Assembly (NCBI GenBank): GCA_030608565.1
Contig: JAUWDY010000005.1
Coordinates: 5,359-69,358, forward strand
Reading direction: 5' to 3'
Origin: Candidatus Bathyarchaeota archaeon
Lineage (GTDB): Archaea > Thermoproteota > Bathyarchaeia > Bathyarchaeales > Bathyarchaeaceae
Length of the DNA stretch: 64,000 bases
Shown: positions 8,218-17,303 of the stretch, one piece after another
Layout of the letters: each line of letters starts with the position of its first letter
How positions within the stretch are numbered: position 1 is the first letter of the stretch
Translations under genes and position numbers: made by a program
Notes under the pieces: model-generated
Databases searched by the model: none
What the model was told of the DNA's origin: nothing
Seen by the model: only the letters and a program-made list of their open reading frames with translations

Positions 8218-9323
8218 AACAGTGATTGATAAATGGCTTCCATCTTGTCAACGCATTTTTCCCATGAGGCTTTTTGCTTGACTATGTGAATGCATCGTTC
8301 GCCGAAATGCTTTCTAGTATCCTCATTCTCTATAAGCTGTATTATTTTTTCTGCTAGCATTTGGGAGTTTCGTGGTGGAAATAGAAAGCCGTTTGTTCCA
8401 TTTTCTATCCATTCTCTGTTTCCAGATATATCAGTGACTATTGGCGCAACACCGCAAGCCATGGCTTCTAAGAGGGAAACGGAAGTGGAGTCGATGAAGG
8501 GTGTGGAGACGTAGATGTCGGATGCAGCGAGATATTGTGCTACTTCAGGATGAGGGACTAACCCTACGAAGCGTACATGTTCACTAACACCTAATGCATC
8601 AACCAGATTTCGCAACTTACTTTCCAATGGTCCTACACCTTTGATTATGAATTTGACGTTTCCACATTTTTCTAATACGATCGGAATAGAGTGAAGTAAG
8701 CATTCTACATTGTAATGATCATTAAAGAGGGCCCTCGTGCTTATTATCACAGTGTCGTTTTCTTTGATCCCTAGTTTTCTCCGCACATTGGACCCATCTA
8801 CATCTGGACCAAAGATGTTGAGATCAACCCCGAACGGTATTACTTCAATTTTGTCTTGGGGAACCCCCGTTCTCATCCATATGTCTTTGAGGCAGTGAGC
8901 ATCCACTATAATCCGATGGGCCTTCATGCTTGTCATTCTTGCTAGGCTTCTTGTGAGAATATCGGCATCTGGAAGCGATAGTACTTCAGCACCCCAAGAG
9001 GTTAATATGTATGGGTGGCCGCTTAGGACGATAGGCAAACTATAATGGTGTTGAACGTGAAGGTGAATGAAGTCTGGGTTGACCCGTTTGAGAATTCTTA
9101 CGATTCTTAAGCTGTTAGGTATGAATTGTTGTGCAAAATTGGCTTTACGTAATGTTGGGAGAGCATACGCTTGTATGGACTTTGTTTTGGGAGCAACCCA
9201 GGCTCGGCTATCAGTTATTAACGATACGCTGTAGCCTCGTTGAACGAACGCCTTCATCCATCGGTGGGCGTGGATGGAAAGAGGGCTCACGTGGCACACT
9301 GTTGCCTTCGTCAAATGATCCAA
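8214..9323 (-). CDS. Glycosyltransferase, GT-B fold, family 4-like
   Basis: The C-terminal half shows the Glycos_transf_1 pattern with E-x7-E (SLLEAMACGVAPIVTDISGNREWIENGTNGFL). There is a 4-nt overlap with the downstream gene. Confidence 0.8.
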   Translation of the reverse strand: MDHLTKATVCHVSPLSIHAHRWMKAFVQRGYSVSLITDSRAWVAPKTKSIQAYALPTLRKANFAQQFIPNSLRIVRILKRVNPDFIHLHVQHHYSLPIVLSGHPYILTSWGAEVLSLPDADILTRSLARMTSMKAHRIIVDAHCLKDIWMRTGVPQDKIEVIPFGVDLNIFGPDVDGSNVRRKLGIKENDTVIISTRALFNDHYNVECLLHSIPIVLEKCGNVKFIIKGVGPLESKLRNLVDALGVSEHVRFVGLVPHPEVAQYLAASDIYVSTPFIDSTSVSLLEAMACGVAPIVTDISGNREWIENGTNGFLFPPRNSQMLAEKIIQLIENEDTRKHFGERCIHIVKQKASWEKCVDKMEAIYQSLL

Positions 9324-9413
9324 CCTTAACTCGAAGCTACGGTGATATAATCATAGTATGGTGAACCTCGTAGTTCTTAAAAATTATAGCATAACTGAGT
9401 AGTTGCATGTCTT

Positions 9414-11351
9414 TCAGGTAGATGTGCTCCTCTTATAGTGGAAAATGCAAAGTTTTTCTTTGTCTTTATAATCGAAGACCTGATAGGTTTCAAGATTGTT
9501 TTGTTGGGCTTGTGATTTTATGCGGTTGTATTCGTCTGTGCCTAGTCTTGGTTTTTCTATGATGAAGTAGGCGGTGGTGGCGTTGTTGATTTCCATGGCT
9601 TCAATTAGGGTTTCGTTTGAAGGATTGTGTTTCATTTTAATAAATAGCGTTACTCCGTGTGGATCTGCAGGGGAGAAGTAGAAGGCACGTTGATTTTTGA
9701 TTCCGACGAACATTATTCCAGCGAATATCATCCATTGGTCACAGATAACGATGTATGTTCCGTTTGTGGTTTCGTCTATGTATTTTGCGGCTTCGAGTTC
9801 GTATGAAGTTGTCTGTAAGGGACCCCAATGTGGATAGGCATAGTATACTGAGGCTGTAACCCAGCCAGAAACGATTGTGAAAACTAAGATGTACGCTGAA
9901 ACTGACCGCAAGTTTGCACTGCTAACAAGGTGACTTCGCGTGAATACTGAAGATACTTTGGAGAACATACGTGCGAAGAATGTTTTGCGTAAAAATGCTA
10001 TGGTGTTTTTGGGCAAGGTGATGAAGAGGTCCTGCATTTTCTGGATACCAGATCCAATGATTAGGGCTGTGAATGAGACGAGGAGAAAGTCTCTGAAGAG
10101 CCAAAGTCTTTCAAACTCAAGGAAAGGAACGTTTACCATGAATAGTTTCACGATTCTGTCGTCAATTATGATCATAAGCAATCCTAGAGAGAGAAGCAAC
10201 ATAGGTGGTTTGATGCTTCTCTTTGGTGATTTTTTTACACTTCTTATTAGAACATATGTTAATGCGATGAGGCCGAGAAGGGTGGGTGCCCCGAAAATCA
10301 GTGTGGTGATATATGCCTCGCGTGATATAAGGTCGAAGTAGCTTCCGAACAGGAGAGACAAGACCATCTCTATAGGTGAGTATTCGTAAAGTTTTTGTAT
10401 ACTGAAATATGTGTTTGCCGTAGGGAAGAAAAATCGGCGGTAAACTAAAGTAAAAGGCATGATGCTAATACAGAAGATGAAAGACAGAAGCAACACTAAT
10501 CTTGCACTTATTGGCGAATCCCATTTTTGTTTTTCATAGGTTTTGACGCTGTACGCTAGTATGAGGATGGAAAATGCTATGACCCCAGCTAAGTAGTGAG
10601 ACACGAATGAGACGAAAAAGAACGCTGCAACGAGGAAAAGGTCTTTTACTTCATTGGACTTCATATATTTCAAGAAAAAACATATGAACCCGAAGAAAAA
10701 AAGGTAGCTTAAACCGTTTGGGATAGATACTGCACCCCAAATAATGTTGGCTGGAAATAACGAGACTATAAGACCTGATAGTGCCGAAATGTTCTCGCTT
10801 CCGCCTAATGCTCTGGAGGTCATGAAAGCTATTATGGGAACAAATATTCCCCATAATAGCGGCAAAAGCAAGAGGTGTGTCCAATAAACGTCAATGCCAA
10901 GCATGCGAGCGAAAACCACGCTGAAGGACGCTTGAAAGTTTTCTCCTCTAAGCGAGACGTATAATTGCGAGGGAAGACTCCCTCGAGCCCAGCCGAGTCC
11001 ATGGAAAATTATGTTGTCAAAGACGAGTCGTGTCTGGCCTAACATTGTTTGTTGTGTGCCCACATTACCGGCAGGAAACATGATTACCATGAAGGAGTGA
11101 GAAATAATCGAGTGGAGAATTGTGAACAAGAGCTTGTATTCAATTTTTTCAACAGAGAGAATTATGGTCATTAAGAGAAAAGTTGCGATGATAAAGGTTG
11201 GCAGGAATGCCGGGTTGATGACGCCCCATACAGTGTATATCTCACCGGCACGCGATAGGTAAAGCAGGTAAAGTGAGAGAGTTATGGCGATTAGGTATAG
11301 TAGTCTGGCTATATGTAGTTGGGTAGGGCGTTTTTTTTCATTTGGCGGCAT
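9414..11351 (-). CDS. Large polytopic membrane protein with a C-terminal soluble domain; candidate glycan polymerase/GT-C-like enzyme (function unproven)
   Basis: The 645-aa product has >12 hydrophobic helices and then a ~160-aa soluble tail. It is paralogous to 13764..17303 (DVYWTHLLLLPLLWGIFVPI vs DMYWTYVFLVPVLWGIFVPV; ELEAAKYIDETTNGTYIV vs ALEVEVVKYIDEHTSSQYVV). No STT3 WWDYG motif was seen. Confidence 0.6.
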   Translation of the reverse strand: MPPNEKKRPTQLHIARLLYLIAITLSLYLLYLSRAGEIYTVWGVINPAFLPTFIIATFLLMTIILSVEKIEYKLLFTILHSIISHSFMVIMFPAGNVGTQQTMLGQTRLVFDNIIFHGLGWARGSLPSQLYVSLRGENFQASFSVVFARMLGIDVYWTHLLLLPLLWGIFVPIIAFMTSRALGGSENISALSGLIVSLFPANIIWGAVSIPNGLSYLFFFGFICFFLKYMKSNEVKDLFLVAAFFFVSFVSHYLAGVIAFSILILAYSVKTYEKQKWDSPISARLVLLLSFIFCISIMPFTLVYRRFFFPTANTYFSIQKLYEYSPIEMVLSLLFGSYFDLISREAYITTLIFGAPTLLGLIALTYVLIRSVKKSPKRSIKPPMLLLSLGLLMIIIDDRIVKLFMVNVPFLEFERLWLFRDFLLVSFTALIIGSGIQKMQDLFITLPKNTIAFLRKTFFARMFSKVSSVFTRSHLVSSANLRSVSAYILVFTIVSGWVTASVYYAYPHWGPLQTTSYELEAAKYIDETTNGTYIVICDQWMIFAGIMFVGIKNQRAFYFSPADPHGVTLFIKMKHNPSNETLIEAMEINNATTAYFIIEKPRLGTDEYNRIKSQAQQNNLETYQVFDYKDKEKLCIFHYKRSTST

Positions 11352-11727
11352 TTTTGGATTTCATCCCTTTGTTTAGGACTGAAGCGATGAAAGTTGTGAT
11401 ACAGAGAACTATTGCTGATCGTAGATTGTCGAGGTTGTAGATTATCATAACTGCCAATCCGGTTAGGCCTAGGATCACAATGAGAAGTAGGGTTCCTAAG
11501 AGGAGTTTTACAAGGAGGTTTTCGTTTTGAAAGAGGGCCATTCCAATGAAAGTTGAGTTTATTAGGAAGTATATGATGGTAGCTGGCACTCCTATAATTG
11601 GTGTAGAAGTGAGGTTTAGGTTTATGAAGATCATGAGGATGGATATGTAGGAGAGCATGGTGAAGGAGAGCTTTTTATCTAGTGTTATTGATTGTATTAG
11701 ATTTGTGAATAGAGATTTGTGTTCCAA
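11338..11727 (-). CDS. Small 4-helix membrane protein, homologous to the N-terminal region of the 1179-aa membrane protein (split-gene partner of 9414..11351)
   Basis: IFINLNLTSTPIIGVPATIIYFL...LLLIVILGLTGLAVMIIYNLD aligns by eye with IFANSLTLNSPFVGLFALMVYLG...FVFLVVLALAGILAVFVLQSE in 13764..17303. It overlaps the start of 9414..11351 by 14 nt. Confidence 0.55.
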   Translation of the reverse strand: MEHKSLFTNLIQSITLDKKLSFTMLSYISILMIFINLNLTSTPIIGVPATIIYFLINSTFIGMALFQNENLLVKLLLGTLLLIVILGLTGLAVMIIYNLDNLRSAIVLCITTFIASVLNKGMKSKNAAK

Positions 11728-11844
11728 TGTTTTGTCACTGTTTTGTTTTTAGTTAGTGGGATTTGACGGGCTTTATTTAATGCTTTTTGGATATTTGTTA
11801 TAGAATTTTGTTTCTGCATGTTTTATAAGTTGGGCGGTTAATAG

Positions 11845-12855
11845 TTGTTTATCGTTTGGAAGGAGAGGGGTTTGTTGAAGAGAAGATTTGCGACTATTTT
11901 GTTGGTTGTGGTTTTTTCCGTGTGGATTTCTATTGCTTTATTTGCTCAGCTCTCGGCGTCATCTCGGAAGAATCCACCTGGTAAGGTTTCGCCTGTTTCA
12001 GAGGCGTCGTTTATTGTTTTTACGGATGGTTCTTTGGTTTATGCTAGGAATGGGGAGACTGGTTTAGTGGATTTTTGGGGGTCTAATGCAAGTGAGGTGA
12101 TTCAGGCGACGATAGATGGATTGGGATTACATGGTGGAATGGTTTTGATTAAGGAGGGGTCTTATGTGATTTCTAGGACTATTAGGGTTCCTGGAAATGT
12201 TACGTTAAGTGGAGTTGGTTTCGCTACTCGGCTTGTTTTGGCTGATTATGCTGATCAAGAGGTTATTGAGAATAAGCATCCTGATGTGTCTGTGGATAGT
12301 AATATTGTGATTAAGGATTTACAGATTGAAGGGAACGGTAAACGGCAGACGGGTGGGGCGCTAGTTAGTGCGATTTTCTTTTCTAGGGTGAGTGATAGTC
12401 GGGTTGAGGGTTGTTGGATTCATGATGTGTCTCCCGGAAGTCCGGGGGCTCCTGCGATTCATGTTGTTTTTGGTAATAATCTCGTGGTGAGAGGGAATGT
12501 GATTTATGATAATCGTTATGCCGGGGTGTTTCTTTCTTTGGGCAGGTATGCTATCGTGTCGGATAATGTATTTGTTAATAATCATCGTGGGGTTTATCTT
12601 GCTAATCATGTGAGTGGTGTGGTTAGGGGAAATCAGATTCTTTCGGGCGATGAGGGTGTACGTATGTACGTTACGGCGTCGTATAATTTGATTGAAGGTA
12701 ATATGATTAGAGATAATCGAGAGGAGGGGATCATTGTGACTCATTCATCATGTGTGGGTAACTATTTGGTGAATAACTATTTGATCAATAATGTTGTTCA
12801 GATTTTGGATGATGGTACTGATACCGTTGTCAGCGGTAATGTGGAATCGCCCTGA
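11845..12855 (+). CDS. Membrane-anchored/secreted right-handed parallel beta-helix (PbH1) repeat protein
   Basis: It has an N-terminal signal anchor. PbH1 repeats seen: IVIKDLQIEGNG, VEGCWIHDV, VRGNVIYDNRYAGVFL, VSDNVFVNNHRGVYL, VRGNQILSGDEGVRMY, IEGNMIRDNREEGIIV. It is the only plus-strand gene inside the glycan cluster. Confidence 0.7.
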   Translation: MFIVWKERGLLKRRFATILLVVVFSVWISIALFAQLSASSRKNPPGKVSPVSEASFIVFTDGSLVYARNGETGLVDFWGSNASEVIQATIDGLGLHGGMVLIKEGSYVISRTIRVPGNVTLSGVGFATRLVLADYADQEVIENKHPDVSVDSNIVIKDLQIEGNGKRQTGGALVSAIFFSRVSDSRVEGCWIHDVSPGSPGAPAIHVVFGNNLVVRGNVIYDNRYAGVFLSLGRYAIVSDNVFVNNHRGVYLANHVSGVVRGNQILSGDEGVRMYVTASYNLIEGNMIRDNREEGIIVTHSSCVGNYLVNNYLINNVVQILDDGTDTVVSGNVESP

Positions 12856-13022
12856 GAATTAAGATTTGACCATTGCCAAAAATGGTTTGGCGACTGAGCC
12901 ACAGTGTGTGAGCTGAGCGCTTCTGCTGAGAGAGTTATGGCTGTTTTGTTCAAGAAATCAACTCACACTCAAGTTGAATTATGGTTTTGCATGGAGCGGA
13001 ATGCATGTAGTCCTCATGTTCC

Positions 13023-13721
13023 CTAATTGGAACGTACATTCGGGCCTGACCCCTTTCTGATCTGACTAATAAACCAAGAGGGTTTCATAGCTGGTAACAT
13101 TCGACCGAAGTTGTCCACAATTTTCCAGAGTCTAGTTGGAAGAAAGGCGAAAAGGGGGTATGCTGCTAGCACCGTGCCAGCATAAATGTGCCGTATTGTC
13201 CACAGATTTCTAGGCAACAAAGAGGATAGTCTTTGCTCATCGAAACTATGAAGATGCCCCCAAAGTGGCGTCAGCTTACCGCAATGGATGCATCGAGTTG
13301 CCACAATACGCTCTCTATAGGGCACTGATACAACAAGTGTCCCAGCCTCTTTCATTACCGACTCAATCTCCTCAAGAGTTTTACGAGGATTGCTCAAATG
13401 CTCAAGAAGTTCAAGGCAAGTAACCTTGTCAAAAATTTCGAATCGAAATGGAAGTTTATCTGAACTAGCATGAACAAAATCTGCATTCTTGATTCTTCTC
13501 TTCGCTTTCTTCAATCCATCTTTCGATATGTCTATTCCAACAATAAAGGTGGCAGGTCTGACCATGTAGCTTGTTTGGTAGCCACCACCACAACCCACAT
13601 CGAGGATCAGATCACCACTTTGTGGTTTCAGAAGGTTTGCCGTGATCTCTGCTCTTCTCCGTTCTCCCTGTACGCGGATAGGGTCTTTGATCTCCCAGAT
13701 CACACCTTTGGCTTCACACAT
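13023..13721 (-). CDS. Class I SAM-dependent methyltransferase
   Basis: It has SAM motif I (ILDVGCGGGYQT), the post-I motif (VGIDIS) and CLELLEH. It also has a Cys/His cluster, CIHCGKLTPLWGHLH. Confidence 0.8.
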   Translation of the reverse strand: MCEAKGVIWEIKDPIRVQGERRRAEITANLLKPQSGDLILDVGCGGGYQTSYMVRPATFIVGIDISKDGLKKAKRRIKNADFVHASSDKLPFRFEIFDKVTCLELLEHLSNPRKTLEEIESVMKEAGTLVVSVPYRERIVATRCIHCGKLTPLWGHLHSFDEQRLSSLLPRNLWTIRHIYAGTVLAAYPLFAFLPTRLWKIVDNFGRMLPAMKPSWFISQIRKGSGPNVRSN

Positions 13722-13763
13722 GGTAAACCTTCTACCTAGTCAATGACATTTTCATTCAATTTT

Positions 13764-16700
13764 TCACTCAATTGCATCGGGTATTCCGTCTCGATCCAGA
13801 TCTGTTGTCGTTTCTACTTCTTTTCTGCCAAAAAGCGATAATTGTGCGTCAGGTGGCAGAGTTATGAGAAGTGAAGTCATCTCGCCATATTCATTTTCTA
13901 CTACTATAAGTGACGATGGCTTCTCCGTCGCTTCTAAGCCCCCAACATACTCTGAGCCGCCATAGTTATAAAATGTAACCAAACTTCTATTCATGTTCCG
14001 TAGTCCATAGTCAATATCATCAGAATCTCTAAAAACATAACTCATCTCTAGCGGTTGGATATACCAAGCTGAGCAACCTAGCCTCACAAGAATCTTGTCT
14101 TTTTCGGGCAGATAGAAACCAAAGAACATTCGGTTCTGTGCGCCTCCTGAATATGTATAGTAATCTGGGAGACTGGGGGAGCCACCATCAGCCTCTTCAA
14201 AAGACCACCACTTGACCGGAGTTTCGCTTAGAGTTTTCGGTTTTGTAAACACCCAGTTAACGTCATCCCCGCCAAGTGTCCGTATAGCCTGGCTACCACC
14301 CGTTTCTACATTATATATTGTGTTGATCCAAGTTTTTCCGTTATCTATGCTATGACGTAGAGGTGGGAATGCCCCCGCGTAAACTTCATCGGGAAGCCAC
14401 ACTTCAACATAAGCCCACTGACTTCTATTCGCGGTGTTTTCGAGGTACAAGTCATACCGGAAATGTCCTTGCTCGCGAGTGAAATTGCAGTATTTCACAA
14501 TTTCATCATAGGTAAGAGAAGAGCTGCCAAGGCTTTGATTCAGAAGAGGTTGAAGCACAATGTTGTCTGTACGGCTCTGGGTGTAGAGGAATCCGTAGTT
14601 TCGAGAATTCACGTCATAGGAATCTTGGCCACCAACCAAGCCCGGGATGTAAAGTCGTCGGAAATCTCCGATTCTTAGGCTCCAGGTAGATTCTTGACCA
14701 ACTTCCCACTGTAGTTTGACAGAAGGGCTACCACTCTCAACAGCACCAATTAGAGAACTGTTTTCAAAATGCAGCCTGAACTGGAACCGTTCGCTGGGGA
14801 CCAACTCAGTTTCACGAGTCCATTCAATCCACCTGCTATTTGTGTAGTTGAAATATTCGATTGAAGTCAGGGTTCCTACGGGATTTCCATCAACAAATGT
14901 GGCATTGAAGTTCACGCTTTCGTAGAGGTCGCCCCAGAAGTCAACTATATCAAGAGTCCCAGTCTCTTGATTAATCATGACCCTCAGCAAATCGTTTTGC
15001 ACATAATAGGCAGCCGGAGTCTCCCAATAGAAAGCAGCTACGTCAGATCCTGTGGGCAAAGGTGGAATCTTGTAGTAGAAAACGTATAGTTCATTACCAC
15101 TATCATCTCTGAACTCTTTGTACAGACCGAACACTCTGGATGCTTGGCTCACAATCCGATCAAAGTCGACCCCCAATCTAAACGACGGTGCAATAAAATA
15201 TCCGATGTCTGCCCCACCCATCTCCATATATTCAAACATCTCTCTGGCTGAAGGCTCTACAGGGCCCCCTCTACCGACAGTAAAATACCATTTTTCAGGG
15301 TTGGGAATACCTAAAAATCCCCAACTGATCACAGTGGTGGCCTGTGGGGCCAGCACAACATACTGACTGCTCGTATGCTCGTCAATGTATTTCACGACCT
15401 CTACCTCAAGAGCCGTTGGCAACAGACCCTTTGTATAGTAATCATAGGTTTCGTAAGTTGACGCAACAACCCAAGCAGACAGCGAAACACATATCAATGT
15501 TCCCCCAAGAAACTTCTTCCTCGACAAAACCAGACTTCCTTTCGAGGTTGCGACAGTACCAACTATAAAAAAGATGGCAGACGCCACAACTAGAGCGGCA
15601 AACGGGAGGGCAAGCATATCTATGAATACTCTCAATCTGTCCGCCGAGAATAGACCACCCACGACAGCATACTTCAAAATCCTATGCTCAGCCAAGAGCG
15701 CCATGAAAGCCAGAAACAGGAACTTGCAAAATGTCCTATTGAATCTCTTCTTGCTTTTCAGAACATATACTAGTCCTATCAAACCGAGAACAGGATAGAT
15801 CTCATATAACACGGCATTAAGAACTGGGAGGTCTTCGGGTATTCCGAAAATTAGTGCCCAGGGGCTCGTTTCAAGAAGTTTACTAAGGCTGAATGCAGAG
15901 GTTCCTAGCATGGGGAGAAGTATACCCCTCAATATAACCAGAGAAGGCACTATGAATAGTGAAACAAGAAATGAAATAGCGAGCAAAGCGTAACTCGTTC
16001 TCGGATACTTGATCTTGAAGCGTCTGTTTCCTTTAAATCCAAAAGCCAGCACAAGGAGAGAGAGAGAAACAAGTGCAGGCACAAAGTGCGTGACCCCAAT
16101 AGCCACCAGCATCACCATAATCAGAAAATATATTCTCTTAGTTTTGCGTGTTGAGAACGAAAGCAAGAGTAAGTAGAGGAATAAGAAAAAGAAAAGAACA
16201 CCCAGAGAGTTAGCTTCTGTCAGTTTTCCCCAAGCTAAGAAATAGAGATTGGGGATTGATAGAAACGCCACTAGAATGGATGATCTTCTGGTCAGTCCTA
16301 CCATCTCAGCTATTCTATACGAAGTTACGGGGACGAATATTCCCCACAACACGGGCACTAGGAACACATAAGTCCAATACATGTCAACGCTCAGAGCGCC
16401 AGCGAAGGTTGCAATGAGTACGTGCTCAGTCACGCCTCTGAGAAACATGTTCAACAATCGGACAAGTGTTAATGTTGCTGGAGATGCCCAAAACACAGAT
16501 ATGGATCCTTGCGACGCTGTCTGCCAAACAAGCTGCACAACTGTCAATATTGTTCTTGCTCTACCCAAGTCGTACCATGGATCGTAGAAGATTATGCCTG
16601 GATACGAAACAATAACAATAAACAAGAGAGAAAAGATGGAGTGGATAATGGTGGCAAACAATTTCGTTCTAATCTTCCCGGGCACAAGAAGAAGCCATAC

Positions 16701-17303
16701 AAGAAAAGCTGTGGCAACGAAGTAGACTCTTAAGAAGGCAGGAGGTATGACATTCCATATAGGTCCTCTAACCCATCCAGATCTCACGCTGAACAAGAGA
16801 TAAAGGCCCCAGAGAAGCAAAACAAAGTAGATGCCCCAAAAGACATATGAAACATCAAAAGACAACTTCTTCCTCCAATTCTCCTTCACTTCAACCCTCT
16901 CATATCTCACAAAAAACAAGCTCAAGATAGAAGAGAAGCTAGTTGCGAGAACCATCCCTAACATATACCACAACTCACTCTGTAGAACAAAAACCGCCAA
17001 AATCCCAGCCAAGGCTAACACAACTAGAAAAACAAACAAACCAAAAACTATTCTGAAGAAGGGTTTCTCCTCCGAAAAGAAAACTCGACCCAAAACATCC
17101 CCATTCATGCCCAAATACACCATTAACGCAAAAAGCCCAACAAAAGGAGAGTTCAACGTAAGCGAGTTGGCGAAAATCAGAAGAACGGCTGCAAGAGGAA
17201 TAACTGTGAGAACGAGTCTTCGGTCCCTAACTATTCTCTCAAACATCTTCCAAACTCGTAGCCCAAATCTCCGAATACACGACACCATGGTGACCATTCT
17301 CAC
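13764..17303 (-). CDS. Giant (1179 aa) polytopic membrane protein with a ~480-aa extracytoplasmic C-terminal region; fused paralog of 11338..11727 + 9414..11351
   Basis: The first ~640 aa contain ~18 hydrophobic helices, followed by a long soluble region rich in N-x-S/T sequons. The protein ends DLDRDGIPDAIE. The start is a GTG in a GTGA overlap with the upstream stop. Paralogy motifs are listed under 9414..11351 and 11338..11727. Confidence 0.65.
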   Translation of the reverse strand: MRMVTMVSCIRRFGLRVWKMFERIVRDRRLVLTVIPLAAVLLIFANSLTLNSPFVGLFALMVYLGMNGDVLGRVFFSEEKPFFRIVFGLFVFLVVLALAGILAVFVLQSELWYMLGMVLATSFSSILSLFFVRYERVEVKENWRKKLSFDVSYVFWGIYFVLLLWGLYLLFSVRSGWVRGPIWNVIPPAFLRVYFVATAFLVWLLLVPGKIRTKLFATIIHSIFSLLFIVIVSYPGIIFYDPWYDLGRARTILTVVQLVWQTASQGSISVFWASPATLTLVRLLNMFLRGVTEHVLIATFAGALSVDMYWTYVFLVPVLWGIFVPVTSYRIAEMVGLTRRSSILVAFLSIPNLYFLAWGKLTEANSLGVLFFFLFLYLLLLSFSTRKTKRIYFLIMVMLVAIGVTHFVPALVSLSLLVLAFGFKGNRRFKIKYPRTSYALLAISFLVSLFIVPSLVILRGILLPMLGTSAFSLSKLLETSPWALIFGIPEDLPVLNAVLYEIYPVLGLIGLVYVLKSKKRFNRTFCKFLFLAFMALLAEHRILKYAVVGGLFSADRLRVFIDMLALPFAALVVASAIFFIVGTVATSKGSLVLSRKKFLGGTLICVSLSAWVVASTYETYDYYTKGLLPTALEVEVVKYIDEHTSSQYVVLAPQATTVISWGFLGIPNPEKWYFTVGRGGPVEPSAREMFEYMEMGGADIGYFIAPSFRLGVDFDRIVSQASRVFGLYKEFRDDSGNELYVFYYKIPPLPTGSDVAAFYWETPAAYYVQNDLLRVMINQETGTLDIVDFWGDLYESVNFNATFVDGNPVGTLTSIEYFNYTNSRWIEWTRETELVPSERFQFRLHFENSSLIGAVESGSPSVKLQWEVGQESTWSLRIGDFRRLYIPGLVGGQDSYDVNSRNYGFLYTQSRTDNIVLQPLLNQSLGSSSLTYDEIVKYCNFTREQGHFRYDLYLENTANRSQWAYVEVWLPDEVYAGAFPPLRHSIDNGKTWINTIYNVETGGSQAIRTLGGDDVNWVFTKPKTLSETPVKWWSFEEADGGSPSLPDYYTYSGGAQNRMFFGFYLPEKDKILVRLGCSAWYIQPLEMSYVFRDSDDIDYGLRNMNRSLVTFYNYGGSEYVGGLEATEKPSSLIVVENEYGEMTSLLITLPPDAQLSLFGRKEVETTTDLDRDGIPDAIE

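Noticed and set aside
12856-13022. A possible hairpin (gtgtgag ... ctcacac) in the convergent intergenic region as a terminator
   Set aside because: The stem is only 7 bp and the loop is ~55 nt. That is too weak to call. The region also lacks a clear oligo-T tract.
13767-13802. The C-terminal DLDRDGIPDAIE of the 1179-aa membrane protein as a dockerin
   Set aside because: It is a single short Asp-rich loop without the following helix or a second segment. It resembles a generic thrombospondin-type Ca-binding loop.
9414-17303. Calling the giant membrane proteins AglB/STT3 oligosaccharyltransferases
   Set aside because: I found no WWDYG motif and no DK/MI-type motif. The only WW in the C-terminal region (KWWSFEE) is in a different context. 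The call is left as a candidate GT-C/polymerase-like protein of unknown function.
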